64,000 nucleotides of DNA, taken from contig OX597816.1 of NCBI GenBank assembly GCA_951406725.2, positions 168,826,001 to 168,890,000 on the forward strand, given 5' to 3'. This document shows positions 37,859-50,719 of the stretch, piece by piece. A program made the position numbers and the translations under genes. Positions within the stretch are counted from its first letter, which is position 1. Every line of letters starts with the position of its first letter. Under the pieces are notes generated by a model, which saw only the letters and a list, made by a program, of their open reading frames with translations, was not told the origin of the DNA and ran no database searches. This stretch comes from Octopus vulgaris. Lineage: Eukaryota.

Positions 37859-38028
37859 CTGCACAAAATACATATTTTTGCAATGTTCATTTGTCAAAAT
37901 GTTTATATACACCTTTGATAATATCAAATAAAACACAATGTAAAACAGACAAAAATTGTCAATATTTTTCAATATTTTTCGATTCTTGCTCATTCGAGCA
38001 CTCACTTTCTCACGCCTTCCATCCATCC

Positions 38029-38260
38029 TATTTATTTACTACCCAAAAGGGGCTAAACACAGAGGGGACAAACAAGGACAGACAAACGGATTAAGTCGAT
38101 TACATCGACACCAGTGCGTAACTGGTGCTTAATTTATCGACCCCGAAAGGATGAAAGGCAAAGTCGACCTCGGCGGAATTTGAACTCAGAACGTAGCGGC
38201 AGACGAAATACCGCTAAGCATTTCGTCCGGCGTGCTAACGTTTCTGCCAGCTCGCCGCCT
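38029..38260 (-). mobile_element. SINE family C
   Basis: Full family match. Confidence 0.9.
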
Positions 38261-38569
38261 TCCGTCAGTTGGTTGGCCACCCGCCACCAACTGTCATGTT
38301 ATAATTATATTAACGATTATAATGAGGTTCACATAAGTAGATGCATACACTTATACAGTAAGCTGGCAGGCACACACACTCAAAAATATGGATTCAGAAA
38401 GGAGAAACCTCTACACACAGAACAGGTGTACAACTAGCAAGGGAGAAAGTCATGTACATTTATAATGAAATGATGATGGGGGGGGGGATTGGGGTGGAGG
38501 ATAACGTTTTTGCAAGATGGATACTTTTAATTTTAACATGTTAATGGAGACAAGACTCATTCTAACTGG

Positions 38570-39237
38570 TAAATGATCCTGCTCAATATGTAGGAAAGGA
38601 GTGGGACGTAATTCCATTTGTTGCACCAAGTGTAAATTACAGACACATAAGAGATGCAGTGGAATCATGGATAAGTTATCAGATAAGATCACTTTCATGT
38701 GTGACAGGTGTGCAGGAACAATAAGTACTGAGAGTATGAGAGACTTAAACTCTCACAAATGCCCAGGAAGCTCTCCTGAGATTGTAGATAGTTTCTGCCA
38801 TTTAAGTGACCAAATTAGTAAAGGTGGCGGATGTTCTGAAAGTAATGTTTTTAAAATAAGAATAGGATGGAGGGAGTTCAGAAACTGCTACCTTTGTTGG
38901 CAGCAAAAGGACTCTCTCTCAGAGTGAAAGAGTAAATTGTATAATGCTTGTGTGAGAACAGCTATGTTACATTGTAGTGAGACATGGGTTATGACTGTGG
39001 AGGAAATGAGTAGACAGGAATGAAGGTAGTATGCTCCGTTGGATTTGTAACATCAGTGTGCATGACCAACAAAGCACAACTATGTTGAGAGAAAAGCTAG
39101 GCATAAGAGGGATTAAATGTGGTATGCAGGTGAGGAGAATACATTGGTTTGGACATGTGATGTGTACGAGTGAAGACAGCTGTATGCAGAAATGTCTGTC
39201 ATTGAAAGTGGATGGCACCTGTGGAAGAGGGAGACTC
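38570..39237 (+). mobile_element. RTE LINE relic, C-terminal part
   Basis: SICCTKCKLQTHKRC, LYNACVRTAMLHCSETW, MLRWICN, RRIHWFGHV, GRGR. Confidence 0.88.
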
Positions 39238-40427
39238 AGGGAGTTCCGTAGTGGGGACACAAATCTTGAAGATGAAAGGGGCAGAAGTCATCCATCTGCA
39301 ATTGGCAACCAACATCTGAAAACACTAGTTGAACAAAACCCATGTCAGAGTCTTCAGAGAAATGTCTCAGCATTTCTACAATATTGGATCATCTCAAGAA
39401 AATTGGCAAGGTGAAAAAAATAAACAGGTTCCACATGAACTCTGTAAAAGTCAAAGAGCTTGACATTTTGAAGTATATCCAATGATCCATTTCTTGATGG
39501 AATAGTGACTTGTGATGGAAAACGGATCATCATCATCATCATCGTTTAACGTCCGCTTTCCATGCTAGCATGGGTTGGACGGTTCAACTGGGGTCTGGGA
39601 AGCTCGAAGGCTGCACCAGGCCCAGTCAGATCTGGCAGTGTTTCTACAGATGGATGCCCTTCCTAATGCCAACCACTCCGTGAGTGTAGTGGGTGCCTTT
39701 TATGTGCCACCAGCACGGAGGCCAGGCGATGCGGTGCTGGCTACGGCCACATTCGAATGGTTCTCTTATGTGCCACCGGCGCTGGTATCACAACTACAAA
39801 TTCCATCATGACAATCATAAACAATTGCCTCAATGGCTTGATCATGATGAAACACTTTCCCAAACTGAAATTGTATGAACAGAAGATTATGGAAATCGTC
39901 TGGTTTGCTATTGGTATTGTCCATTACAGCTTTCTGGAATCTAACCAGAGAATCACTGTGGGAATTTACTGGCAGCAGCTGGATGAAATGCAGGTTCAGT
40001 TAAGCAAAATGCATCTGGCACTGGCTAAACGATGAGGTCCAATTCTGCATCATGACAATGCTTGGCCATATATTGCCAGGATGATACAGCAGAAGATCAC
40101 TGACTTAGGATGTGAGACTTTGCCACATCCTCCATATTTTCCTGATCTCTCACCCACTGACTACCATTTTTTCAAGCATATGGACACTTCTTTAAACTAA
40201 AAAACATTCCATCCCAAAGGAGAACTAGAAAGTGCATTTAAAGATTTCCTGGCATCAAAACCTTCAGAGTTTTATCATACAAGCATAAATAACCTTGTTA
40301 TTCGATAGTAGAAATACACAGATGTTCAGGGATCATAGTTTGACTGATTAAAAACATTGTTTAAATTCATTAATTCAGAAATAAAAGTATATTCCAAAAT
40401 CAGACATTATTTCCCAAACAACCTGAT
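39238..40427 (+). mobile_element. mariner transposon relic interrupted by an RTE 3' UTR (about 39528-39800)
   Basis: FRSGDTNLEDE.GR, VPHEL, IVTCD, HDNA, HPPYFPDLSPTDYHFF; TIR-like end CAACCTGATA. Confidence 0.88.
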
Positions 40428-40622
40428 ATTACCGATTGACAGTTAACTTACTTGTAACGACCCACTCAATAAACTGTTCAGCCTTTAAAATCTAATTATC
40501 TTGTGCAAAAATAAGTATCTCTTGCTAAGTTTTATCCAAAGATGCATTATATTTTCCATTTTGGGGATAAAAGCAGTCTATCCTAATCCTATTAGTTAAA
40601 CAGAATAAGAAATTATTGAAGA

Positions 40623-40978
40623 CTAGCACTATGACCCGGTGTTGCCGGGTCATAGTGCTAGTGCATGCATATACAGCTGCGTGCATGCGCACATACACGC
40701 GAGTACTGTCCAAATCTCTGACCAATCACATACAGCTAGCTGGCATTCAATTGGTGTATCAAGTTTCAGGCATTTTGATAAAAAATTCACAAAAAAGTCA
40801 CTTCTATTGATTTTTTAATGGCTTTACGGGGTGACTGGGGAAATGTAAAGATGTGCACGACCACCCTTGGACGGTTTTGAATGACCATAGAAAGTGCAAG
40901 CCCTCTCACTGAAAAATTGTGGCTTTATATAAATGACACACACACAGACAGACATTTTGCCGTTTATATATAGAGAGA
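40623..40978 (-). mobile_element. Non-autonomous Helitron
   Basis: 5' TC after A, 3' CTAG before T, terminal hairpin at 40622-40662; head shared with 46628. Confidence 0.85.
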
Positions 40979-41045
40979 TATATTAGCTTTGAATAGACTG
41001 CATAACAATGAACAGAAAGGAAAAATATCTGTAGCTGGTACTTAC

Positions 41046-41123
41046 CCTCGTCCAATTTTACAAATAATATCAAACACTTCATCAGGCTGGCGTGCTAAAC
41101 ATTCATCACTCAGTTTGAGCTCA
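41046..41123 (-). CDS. STK3: Hippo/MST most 5' exon found (probably exon 2)
   Basis: ELKLSDECLARQPDEVFDIICKIGRG; ttttcAG/GTAAGT; phase 2-2. Confidence 0.95.
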
Positions 41124-41416
41124 CTGAAAACAAATAATAAAAGGATAAATATCCAACAATATGTGAAATGATAAAATGATTAACTAACAATAAGTATTTA
41201 AAAGAAAGTAAATTGATATGTAGGTGCTTTCATCACAACTGAAACTTAAAATTAGAAATAAAATTTACATAACCATATCGTGCTTATGAGGTGTTTGGCG
41301 GGCAATTTAACTGGCCTTGAACATATGTGCATATATATGTATGTATGGACGTTCGTATATGTAAGTATAACGTTTGTTCTGCATATATATATATTTGTAT
41401 TTATGTGCTTTGATAT

Positions 41417-41475
41417 ATTCAACCGATGACGGCAAAGCTTATTAGAAGCAAAGCTAGAAACCCTCGATCTTGAAT
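41417..41475 (+). ncRNA. Degenerate type I hammerhead motif
   Basis: AUUCAA-CCGAUGA-cGGC...GCUa-GAAA-CCCUCGAUC-UUGAAU; 6-bp stem I. Confidence 0.55.
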
Positions 41476-42474
41476 TATTCAGTAATATTTTTGCTAGTCT
41501 ATTTTGTCCCTCTGTCTTATCTCATGGTGCGATATGAACATTTAACATGGTTTTTAGAGTCAGGGATTTGACTGCTATTTCGGCATGGTGGTGTCTCTCA
41601 GACACCCTTATTTTTAGTTATAACTAGTATAAGAATATTTATTATTGGAGCTTATTTCACTATATTATGTCTTTGCAAAGAAGCATAACGCCTTTGACTA
41701 CTTACTATTTTTTTTTCTTCTTCATCAAATGAAGAGATAATGTTTATCGTATTTTCATCATGTAGAATAAAACTGAAGGAAAAAGCATGTTTATATCATG
41801 GCCTACAGCTGCAATTTTTAAGTCAAGGAAAGAAATTTACAATATCATTAGTTGTTGTTTAGGCCCAGGTTAGCCCTGTTTTATTCTAATACTAATTGAA
41901 TAACCCATCATTGCCAGGCAATTTTTATGATAGTATATCTTATATAAATTTTTGTTTATTCCATGTCAGATCATGCCTTCACCAGCAGATAGGCCTCTTG
42001 ATAAGGACAGATTTGTGCAATTTTTCACAAAAATACTTCGTTATGGATTTTTTTTCTTTTTTTTAAATCATTTAAATGTCTATTCAACCATTTCACATAA
42101 CTTTATTCATTAGAACTTATTAACACTTCAGAAGTTCTTATAACTTAGCTTGTTGTTATGCTTTGCTTTCGTTTGTTTAATAAAAATTCCTCCCCCTAAT
42201 GATTTTGCTTTCATTTTATGATAGACAACTATCATGCAGAAAATGCCAGCTTCCAAATCCTATTTTCTGATTAGGTAAAATTGATTAAACTTTAAACCTC
42301 AGTAACATTTTTCTGCAATTTTTCTGGAACAAGTAAATAACAAAATCAGATTTAACATAGAAAATTATTTCAATATACCAAATTTGAAAATTTTAATGTA
42401 ATTCTAAAATCCCACAATATGTAACAGCAACAGAGAAAACCCTACAAAAGTAGAGAGACAGACAGTTATAGGAC

Positions 42475-43900
42475 ACTGGCAGAGCCACCAGGCGTTGCCT
42501 GGGAATTAAATTTTTCCTTAGGTAATGGAAGAAAAAAGCAAAATATGTTATATAGAAATTTGTTATTCTAAATTCAATTTATTCTTTAATTGAGAAATCA
42601 ATTCTGAATTCATAATAACAATAATAATAAATTTACCACTTTTATGAAAGGAGATAAATTCTATCACATATGTTTAAGGAAATTATGTAAGAGCATCTGG
42701 GTAAACAACATTCTTTGTTTTCTGGTTTGGAGCATAGACAAATAAGTCTTGCAAATTACCTACCCTGGAGCAACCAACTAAGAAAGCAAGCCAGTAGATT
42801 TCAAAGACTGACCATGAGCTTTGTTAATAGACATTGCAAAGCAAAGTCGCACTGGGAATTGCGTTCATTTGAACACAAAATGCATGTCTGTTGGTTTGAT
42901 TGGATTTCTTGGAACGAAAACCTCTTCCCCAGAGACACATCTGGTGATGATGGTAGCTTCTTTCACATTAAGTGATAATGTCTTGACAATCAACCTTGTC
43001 CCATCGTATAATTTAGGAGAATTTAAATTTCTTAGAAGCATTACTGGGACTCCTACCTTCAGAAAAAGTTTATGTGGAGGAATTCCGGGTGGCTTAAGAA
43101 AATTAAAAAACTCTGTTGACTAATGGACGGCTTGATTTTCATCATGGACTGAATCAACTGATTTGTACTTCTTAATGACTGTCGGAATCTTATTCATTAA
43201 TTCATGGTTAATTCTTGCTACTGTCTCATTTTTTGGAGTAAGAATTGTCCTTTCACAAAACCATTTATGTGAATTATAATTATTACTTAAGTCTGGCAAT
43301 ACCCTGTCCTTCAATTCAGTTGGGGAATTCACCATGATAAAAATATGACCCAAACTAATATCACCATTCCCATCAAATGGTAGTTACCCATTTCCTAATT
43401 GGAGGAGCCAGGTTGAAAACTATTTTGCACTTTAGTATTGAAGGAGAATTTCAGTACTTTATTCCAAAGGTGTGAAGACTTACTTAATGCATGCTTTTAT
43501 TTGATCAGATCTTGTTCGTCTCAGAATGACTAAAAATGTCTGTCTGGAGTCTCCTGATAAAACTAATGTAACTCCTTCCATAGATTTATTGTTGCCTCTG
43601 ATGTCCTGTAAGGTCTTACCAAGAGCTTCTATTGCACCTCTATGTGACGCAGTGCATTCATCCCAAATGATAAGGTGGCATTGGCACAACACTTCTGCTG
43701 AGCCTGAATCTTTGCTTATGTTACAAATTGGACTGTCACTTGTGACTAGGTTTAGTGATTATTTAAAAGCAGAATGAACTGTTTGTCCTCCTGGGAGAAC
43801 GGTGACAGCAAAGCCAGACAATGGTACAGCAGCTGCAATTTTTTTTTGTGTTACCTTACTTTGGAGAGAAGCAATGTTACAAATGTTTTACCTGTGTCAC
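42475..43900 (-). mobile_element. Helitron PIF1-helicase relic with 3' hairpin
   Basis: LIIWDEC, VLSGD.RQ, ILTPKN, PPGIPPHKL.LKVG.PVMLLRNL, QFPVRLCFAMSINK; hairpin CCAGGCAACGCCTGG near 42488-42502. Confidence 0.9.
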
Positions 43901-44389
43901 CAGGTAAAATCTGATGATTGTGGAATGCCACGCGCGCGCGCACACACACACACATAGAGTATCAAACAGATGAATTGGATGTGTGTGAGAGAGAGAGAGA
44001 GAGTGGGTGAAGGGGTGTGTTGTTATGTATTTGTACATACATAAATACATATGCATACATCTTTCTTATATGTATGTGTGTGAGAGAAAGAGAGAGAGTG
44101 CCATTTGGACATCACTCTCTCTCTCTCTCTCAAACACACACATGTACACACACATGTATTTATGTATGTACAAATACATAACAACACACCCCTTCACTAA
44201 ATGTATACAAAAGCACATACAAAAAACACTTGTGCATTGGTGACTCATTAAAAATAAATAGAGCTGAACATGGCATGAAAAAGAAAATAAAAAAATGTTT
44301 ATGTAAATTAACAAAGGGTGCAAGTTCCAGTTAAATAATGCACATATGTTTTGAATGCCCCATGTTGAATCGCAAAATTTTAATGTGAT

Positions 44390-44421
<32 letters not shown>

Positions 44422-44823
44422 AAATATTGCAAACAGTGAATGAGATGGACACGGAATGAAAAAATCGCATAAATAGAAGCATAAATTGAAAACTACCTTG
44501 TACTGAATATTTAAATTTGTGAACTTAGTAAATAATCGTTTCAGTAGTTTATCGTAGGTGTTTAGAAATAGCGAATTAAATCATCATCATCATTTAGCGG
44601 ATGATACACAATACACCGGAAAATATAAGACTAAATAATTGTACATACTATACAAAGCAGGTTCACACATCTACATACAAATATTTGCATGTATAGATCC
44701 AAGATAAGTCAATTTTGATTGTACATACTGTACCAAGCATTTTCACTCTTCTACATACAAATACCTGCATGTATAGATGAAAGATATGGCAGTTTTAAAT
44801 TCGCTCATGACAATCACCGTGTA

Positions 44824-45188
44824 TCATCATCATCATTTAGCGTCCGCTTTCCATGCTAGCATGGGTTGGACGGTTCAACTGGGGTCTGTGAAGCCAGAAG
44901 GCTGCACCAGGCCCAGTCTGATCTGGCAGTGTTTCTACGGCTGGATGCCCTTCCCAACGCCAACCACTCCGTGAGTGTAGTGGGTGCTTTTTACGTGCCA
45001 CTCGCACAGGTGCCAGACGGAGCTGGCAAACGGCCACGGACGGATGGTGCTTTTTACGTGCCACCGGCACGGGGGCCAGGCGAGGCTGGCAAACGGCCAC
45101 GATCGGATGGTGCTTTTTACGTGCCACGCGAGGCTGGCAACGGCCACGAATGGATGGTGCCTTTTACGTGCCACCGGCACGGAGGCTT
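44824..45188 (-). mobile_element. RTE 3' UTR with about 63-bp tandem units
   Basis: ACGTGCCA at 44993, 45056, 45119; (CAT)n tail. Confidence 0.88.
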
Positions 45189-46627
45189 GAAATGAAAACA
45201 TTAAAATTAGGCAGGGACAGACTTCGCAGTTTTTATGCCAATAGCAGAAGTTGACATTGAGAAACCTTTTTACAGAAGTGAATCTAATCTAATAATATTC
45301 CAAGGTATATTTGTTGAGATTTTCATTAAGAAATATCCATTTTCTTGAAAGTTAAAGATAAATTGAAGTAGACGCCAGTGAATCTTCAGAAATTAAGCAC
45401 CCCCTCCTAAAACACTTACGTAAGTGGGTAAGTATGTGTATATTTATGTGGAGACTTTAGTAGGTTTTTGAATGTAAAGGCACTTCAAGCATGCTGGGGA
45501 TAGACTATTCTTGCCCTTGTCTTCTTAATATAATTATATACATATATATTTTATTATTAATTTAATATCTAAATTGACTGTAAATTTTCATAGCTTGCTG
45601 ACTACCTGATAAAATTCATTCACATGATTTTATCCTCATATTCTATTATGAATTAATACCCTCTCTCTCTTTCGGAGAGGCACTGAGCAGCTATACGCAC
45701 ACATACACACACGGCAGTAGCTCCCGCCTACCGAATTCAATCACAAAGCTTCGGTCGACTCGGGGCTATAGTGGAAGACACCTACCCAAAGTGCCACACA
45801 GTGGGACTGAACCCGAAACCATGTAGCTAGGAAGCAAGCTCCCTAAATTATTTTTACTCCTGACCAGAATAACATTTACTGTGTGGCTATTCTTGTATTA
45901 TACCCGTTGATTGTCATGACGAGATTTGAAATTGACTTATCTTGGATCTAAACGTGCAAATATTTGTATGTGAGTAAATATGAAAATGCTTTGTATGTTA
46001 TGTATGAGTATTTGGACATATATTTGCCCATATATTATGTTCACGACACAAGAAATGCTATTTTTGGCCTTACTCCAGAAATTGGAACAAATTCAGTTAA
46101 CATGAAGTCTTTTTAATATTCCTTCACAGGCCCAGTTCAACCATGTGTATATTTATGAAGAGATTTTCATAGTTTTTTGATGGTATTGGCACTTCAATAA
46201 ATATTGGACTCATTTTTCCCCGTGTATTGTGTTGACGAAGCAAAAAAGCCTATTTTTGTCTGTAATACTGAAAGTGGGACCAATTCACAGCTAATAGGAG
46301 GCAGAAATGTTAGCAAGCCAGGCGAAATTCTTATTGCTATTTCGTCTGTCTTTATGTTCTGAGTTCAAATTCTGTCGAGGTTGACTTTGCCTTTCATCCT
46401 TTCAGAGTCAATAAATTGAGTACCATTCACATACTGGGGTCGATCTAATCGACTGGCACCCCCACCCCACCCAGTTTCGGGCCTTGTGCCTAGAGTAGAA
46501 AAGAATATACATTCACTAGCCCACTTTCAGACATGTTTAAATTTATGTGGATATTTTCATCGTTTTTGAAGGTATCGGCACTTCAAGCATGCTGGAGATA
46601 GGTCACTGTTACCATTGCTCCCTTAAT

Positions 46628-47990
46628 CTCTATATCTATAAACGGCAAAATGTCTGTGTATCTGTGAGTCCTTCATACAAATCTACAGTTTTTCACATAA
46701 AAGGCTCGCATTTTCTATGGGCTTTCAGAACTGTCTGTGGGTGATCGTGAAGCTCTTTTCATTCCCCCAGTCACTCCAGAAAGCCATTAAAAAAAAAAAA
46801 ATCGATAAACCCTTATACCCATAAGTTATGGGCATATCCATTCAAAATCGCTAAAACATAGAAATTTGTAAGCGGTGCATGCGTACAACTAGATACGCCA
46901 ATAGACTGCCAGCTGTTTTTTGATTGGACGGAGATAATTTTACCCTTGACAGTTGAATGCATGTGTGCATTTGCAGACAGTCTGTATGGCTCAGTGCATT
47001 TTTGTGAAGACGTGTTATCATGTATTTTGGCTTTCAAACGTGCACACTTTTGTGATTTGAACACAGGGAATAATTAACGAGTTAGATCAAGTGAATGACA
47101 AGAGAGCAGGATTTTCATGGAAGACCAAATATGCTTGATATGCTATCATTCCTTAAGTATGCCCTAAAAGAGTTGGATCCTATTCAATGAATCTATTTAG
47201 GAAGGGCTTTGTTTTTACCCCTTCTGTAAGGTTAGTCTAGGTTTTAGTTGAAGGCTTAGTTGTGTTCCAAACCTAACCTCCTCTGTTTCAGTGGATCGAG
47301 AGCCCAATTAGCCTTCCAGCGAAAGGCATACCTATTATTTATACCTTAGTTAACCTTGATGTCTTACGTGCTTCTATGCGTCATGAACTTATAACTATTC
47401 ATCTTACTGCGTTACTTGCTTCAATGCTTCATACTCATAAAATCACTTTGAATGCGGTTTTTTGTGCTCTAATTGCTCTGCCTTTTTGCCGGAATCAGCT
47501 CTTTTCTTCCCACCTTTGCTATTCACTCATAGGACAGGGAGGTTAGGTGAGGAGGGGATGTTAAAGTGCTAGTATAATTATATACATATGTATATTATTG
47601 CATGTGCAACTTGATCACCTCTGCCAGTCAAACTCTCAACCCAACCATTCCCGTCGCGACACTGATTGCACAGAACCGGGTTGGGTGTGAAACCAAAACT
47701 CAACAAATGAGATTTATGTGTATTTTCAAAATCATGCTATTTTGCAGCCAAATTCGAGTTTTACGCTTTCTTCTGCCTCCTTTTTTGTCCGAGTAATGGC
47801 ATGTGCACGGTCCCGCTAATTTTCCAGGATTATGCCGTTCCAGGTGTGAAAACCGAAATCCAATGAATATTAATTACTCTCATAAAAAGCACCAACTAGC
47901 TCATAAACAACAAAACTGGCCCAGGCTGAAATGTGATAAGAAACTTAGCTCTTGATTTAATGAGAAATTTTTACTGCGACCCGGCAACAT
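46628..47990 (+). mobile_element. Helitron derivative
   Basis: TCTCTATATCTATAAACGGCAAAATGTCTG head as in 40623-40978; GACCCGGCAACA near 47980. Confidence 0.65.
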
Positions 47991-48217
47991 TATTTTATCA
48001 TTATATTCTATTATGAATGAATAAAAGAAGAAATTGAAATAATTATTTTTACTCCTGACCGGATAGCATTTACTACTTGACTATTCTTATAATATACACG
48101 GTGATTGTCATGAGCGAATTTAAAACTGCCATATCTTTCATCTATACGTGCAGGTATTTGTATGTAGACGAGTGAAAATGCTTGGTACAGTATGTGCAAT
48201 CATTTGGAATTATATAT

Positions 48218-48450
48218 ATTTCTTTACTGCCCAGAAGGGGCTAAACATAGAGAGGACAAACAAGGACAGACGAAGGGATTGAGTTGATTATATCGCCCCC
48301 CCCCCCCAGTGCGAAACTGGTACTTTATTTATCGACCCCGAAAGGATGAAAGGCAAAGTTGACCTCGGCGGAATTTGAACTCAGAACGTAACGCCAGACG
48401 AAATACCGCTAAGCATTTCGTCCGACGCGCTTACGTGTCTGCCAGCTCGC
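48218..48450 (-). mobile_element. SINE family C (another copy on + at about 46297-46505)
   Basis: Family match. Confidence 0.88.
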
Positions 48451-49310
48451 TTCGTGTATTGTGTTGTGTTGACGAGGGAAGAAAACATATTTTTCGCATT
48501 AATCCAGAAATTGGAAGCCATTCACAATTAACGTGATGTCTTTTTAATATTCTTTCAATAGCCTGCTTTCAGCCATGTGTATATTTATCTAGAGTTTTTG
48601 GTAGTTTTTTTAAGGTATCTGCACTGCAAGCATGCTGGAGGTAGGTCGTTTTCACCCTTGCTCCCTTAATATAACTACATACTTATGTATATTATTAATA
48701 ATTTAATGTATAAATTGCCTATAAATTTTTATAGCTTGCTAAACTACCTGATAAAAATCATTAATGTGATTTTTATCCTTAAATTCTATTTTAAATTAAT
48801 AAATAAAATAAAATAAAATAATTTGATTATTTTTACTCCCTGCCTGAATAGTAATTACTGCTTAGCTATTCTTATAATATACAAGTTAGCTCTCATAAGG
48901 GGATTTAAAATTGACTTATCTTGGATCTATACATGCAAATATTTGTATGTAGACACGTGAACCTGCTATGTATAGTATGTACAATTATTTGGTCTTATAT
49001 TTTCCCGTGAATTGTGTGGACGAAAGAAGAATGCATGTTTATAGAAAATTTTATTAAAAAGTATCCATTTTCTGGAAGTTATATTGGACAAAGGAGGGCA
49101 CCAATGTAGGTATACCTTAAATATTATATTTTGTGATGTTACTCTATGGACTTTTAACAATATGAAATGATTAATTAGTAAGTAAAAATATTTACTTACT
49201 AGTTATTGAGATAAGTGTTTATAATAGTGAAAAATCATGGGTAGGAGAGGTATTGGTGTCAAGAAGACCCAGAAGATGTCAGGTAACGCTAGTAAGTACT
49301 ATGGATAGAC

Positions 49311-49511
49311 CAGTGGTTTTCAACCAGGGTTCCGCCAGTACAGTCCAGGGGTTCTGCAAGAAGTTACAAAACTGCTAAAATCGGCAGTAATTTTTAAGTC
49401 TCCTGTGCAGATATGTGTGCATAAGACTATTAAATTATTGCACAGGGGTTCCTCGAGCCAGTGGAATGTTTCCTTGGGGTTCCGCTCCAGCAAAAAGGTT
49501 GAAAAGCACTG
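49311..49511. mobile_element. hAT (Charlie-like) MITE
   Basis: TIR CAGTGGTTTTCAACC/GGTTGAAAAGCACTG (14 of 15); exact 8-bp TSD GGATAGAC. Confidence 0.93.
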
Positions 49512-49663
49512 GGATAGACCATGGTTAAGCTCCAGGTTCGATAATGATACGAGTGAGGAGTCCAAAGAGGGTCCTGTATTAGCATGCATATATATATAAA
49601 TTGACAGAATGAGATAAAAAATCCAAGGCTGTGAATAGTTTTCAGAACATTTATAAAGAGAAA

Positions 49664-49712
49664 GTCTTAACAGCTGTTTCTGGGATATTTCATATATCCC
49701 TTCATCAGAGAC
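49664..49712 (-). ncRNA. Minimal type I hammerhead ribozyme motif
   Basis: GUCU-CUGAUGA-aGGGAUAU(AUGAA)AUAUCCCa-GAAA-CAGCUG-UU-aAGAC. Confidence 0.72.
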
Positions 49713-50719
49713 GGTGCGAGAAAATGTTTGAGTATTAATTATTGCAGGTAATGTTAAAAATAACAACATAGATTTAACAGTTTTTTTTTATGTTCACCAT
49801 CAATTGTTATAAGACAATTTAAAATCTTTCCTACCATCAATTGTTAAAATCATGGCTTTCCTTGACAAAAATGCCATATTTTGCATAAAACATTTAGTTT
49901 TTCAAATGAACTCCATTTTGACACAAACTGTAAAACTAAAGCTTTCATATGCTATATACAATATAGTTGAGGTTTTTCTATACGATGCTCAAGTCCTTCC
50001 TACACATCTCACACAACCACTGCACTAACGATCTTAAGGGGTCTACCACAAATAATACTTCATTTACATGTTTACACATACCACAATAAAATAAATGAAC
50101 ATTTAATGAATAAAGTTATGAACTAATCTAACATATATCAGATTCTAGCCTTAGAAACATTGCCAGATCAGACTGGGCCTGGTGCAGCAATTCTGGCTTC
50201 CCAGACCCCAGTTGAACCGTCCAACCCATGCTAGCATGGAAAGCGGATGCTAAACGATGATGATGATGATGAGACAGCAAACTAACCAATGTACATATTT
50301 ATGTAAAGGAGTACTAGTTGCAAAACCGGCAAAATAGGCTATTCCAACTGTCCCGGTATCGTAACCTATTCGAATACTCTTGTCTCCTGTTATTATACAA
50401 GTGATAGACATATCATTATATTATATTAAATTTATCAAAAAATCCTTAAAATATTTCTAAAATTCCATTAAAATCCTTTTTTATGTATTCGTTATTCCAA
50501 ATTTCATTAAATATCATCTATGTCAAGAGTTTATACACAAAACTTTGCAAAATAAAATTTGGGGGATCATTAAATGAAATTTTCGTTAAACAAAATTTTC
50601 ATTAAATAAGAATTTGATTGTATGTATGTGTGTGTGTATAGATTCAGATGAATATGGTAACTAAGTTGAGGCACCATAATTTAGTACGGTATTATCCATA
50701 CAATTTCAAAATGAAGTAA

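Larger units (their letters stand above)
45430..49010. repeat. Old degenerate tandem array (unit roughly 0.5 kb), interrupted by SINEs and a Helitron
   Basis: GCACTTCAAGCATGCTGG-like motif near 45480, 46170, 46578, 48621; ATTATTTTTACTCC near 45847, 48042, 48826. Confidence 0.75.

Noticed and set aside
43980-44197. Inverted repeat with about 47-bp arms; also a decayed one at 35158-35475
   Set aside because: Real but microsatellite-associated, with no TSD or other sign of function.
47368-47384. ATG ACG CAT AGA AGC AC|GTAAGA, a phase-2 candidate for exon 1
   Set aside because: The phase fits, but it lies inside a Helitron derivative with no promoter or homology support; such matches are expected by chance.
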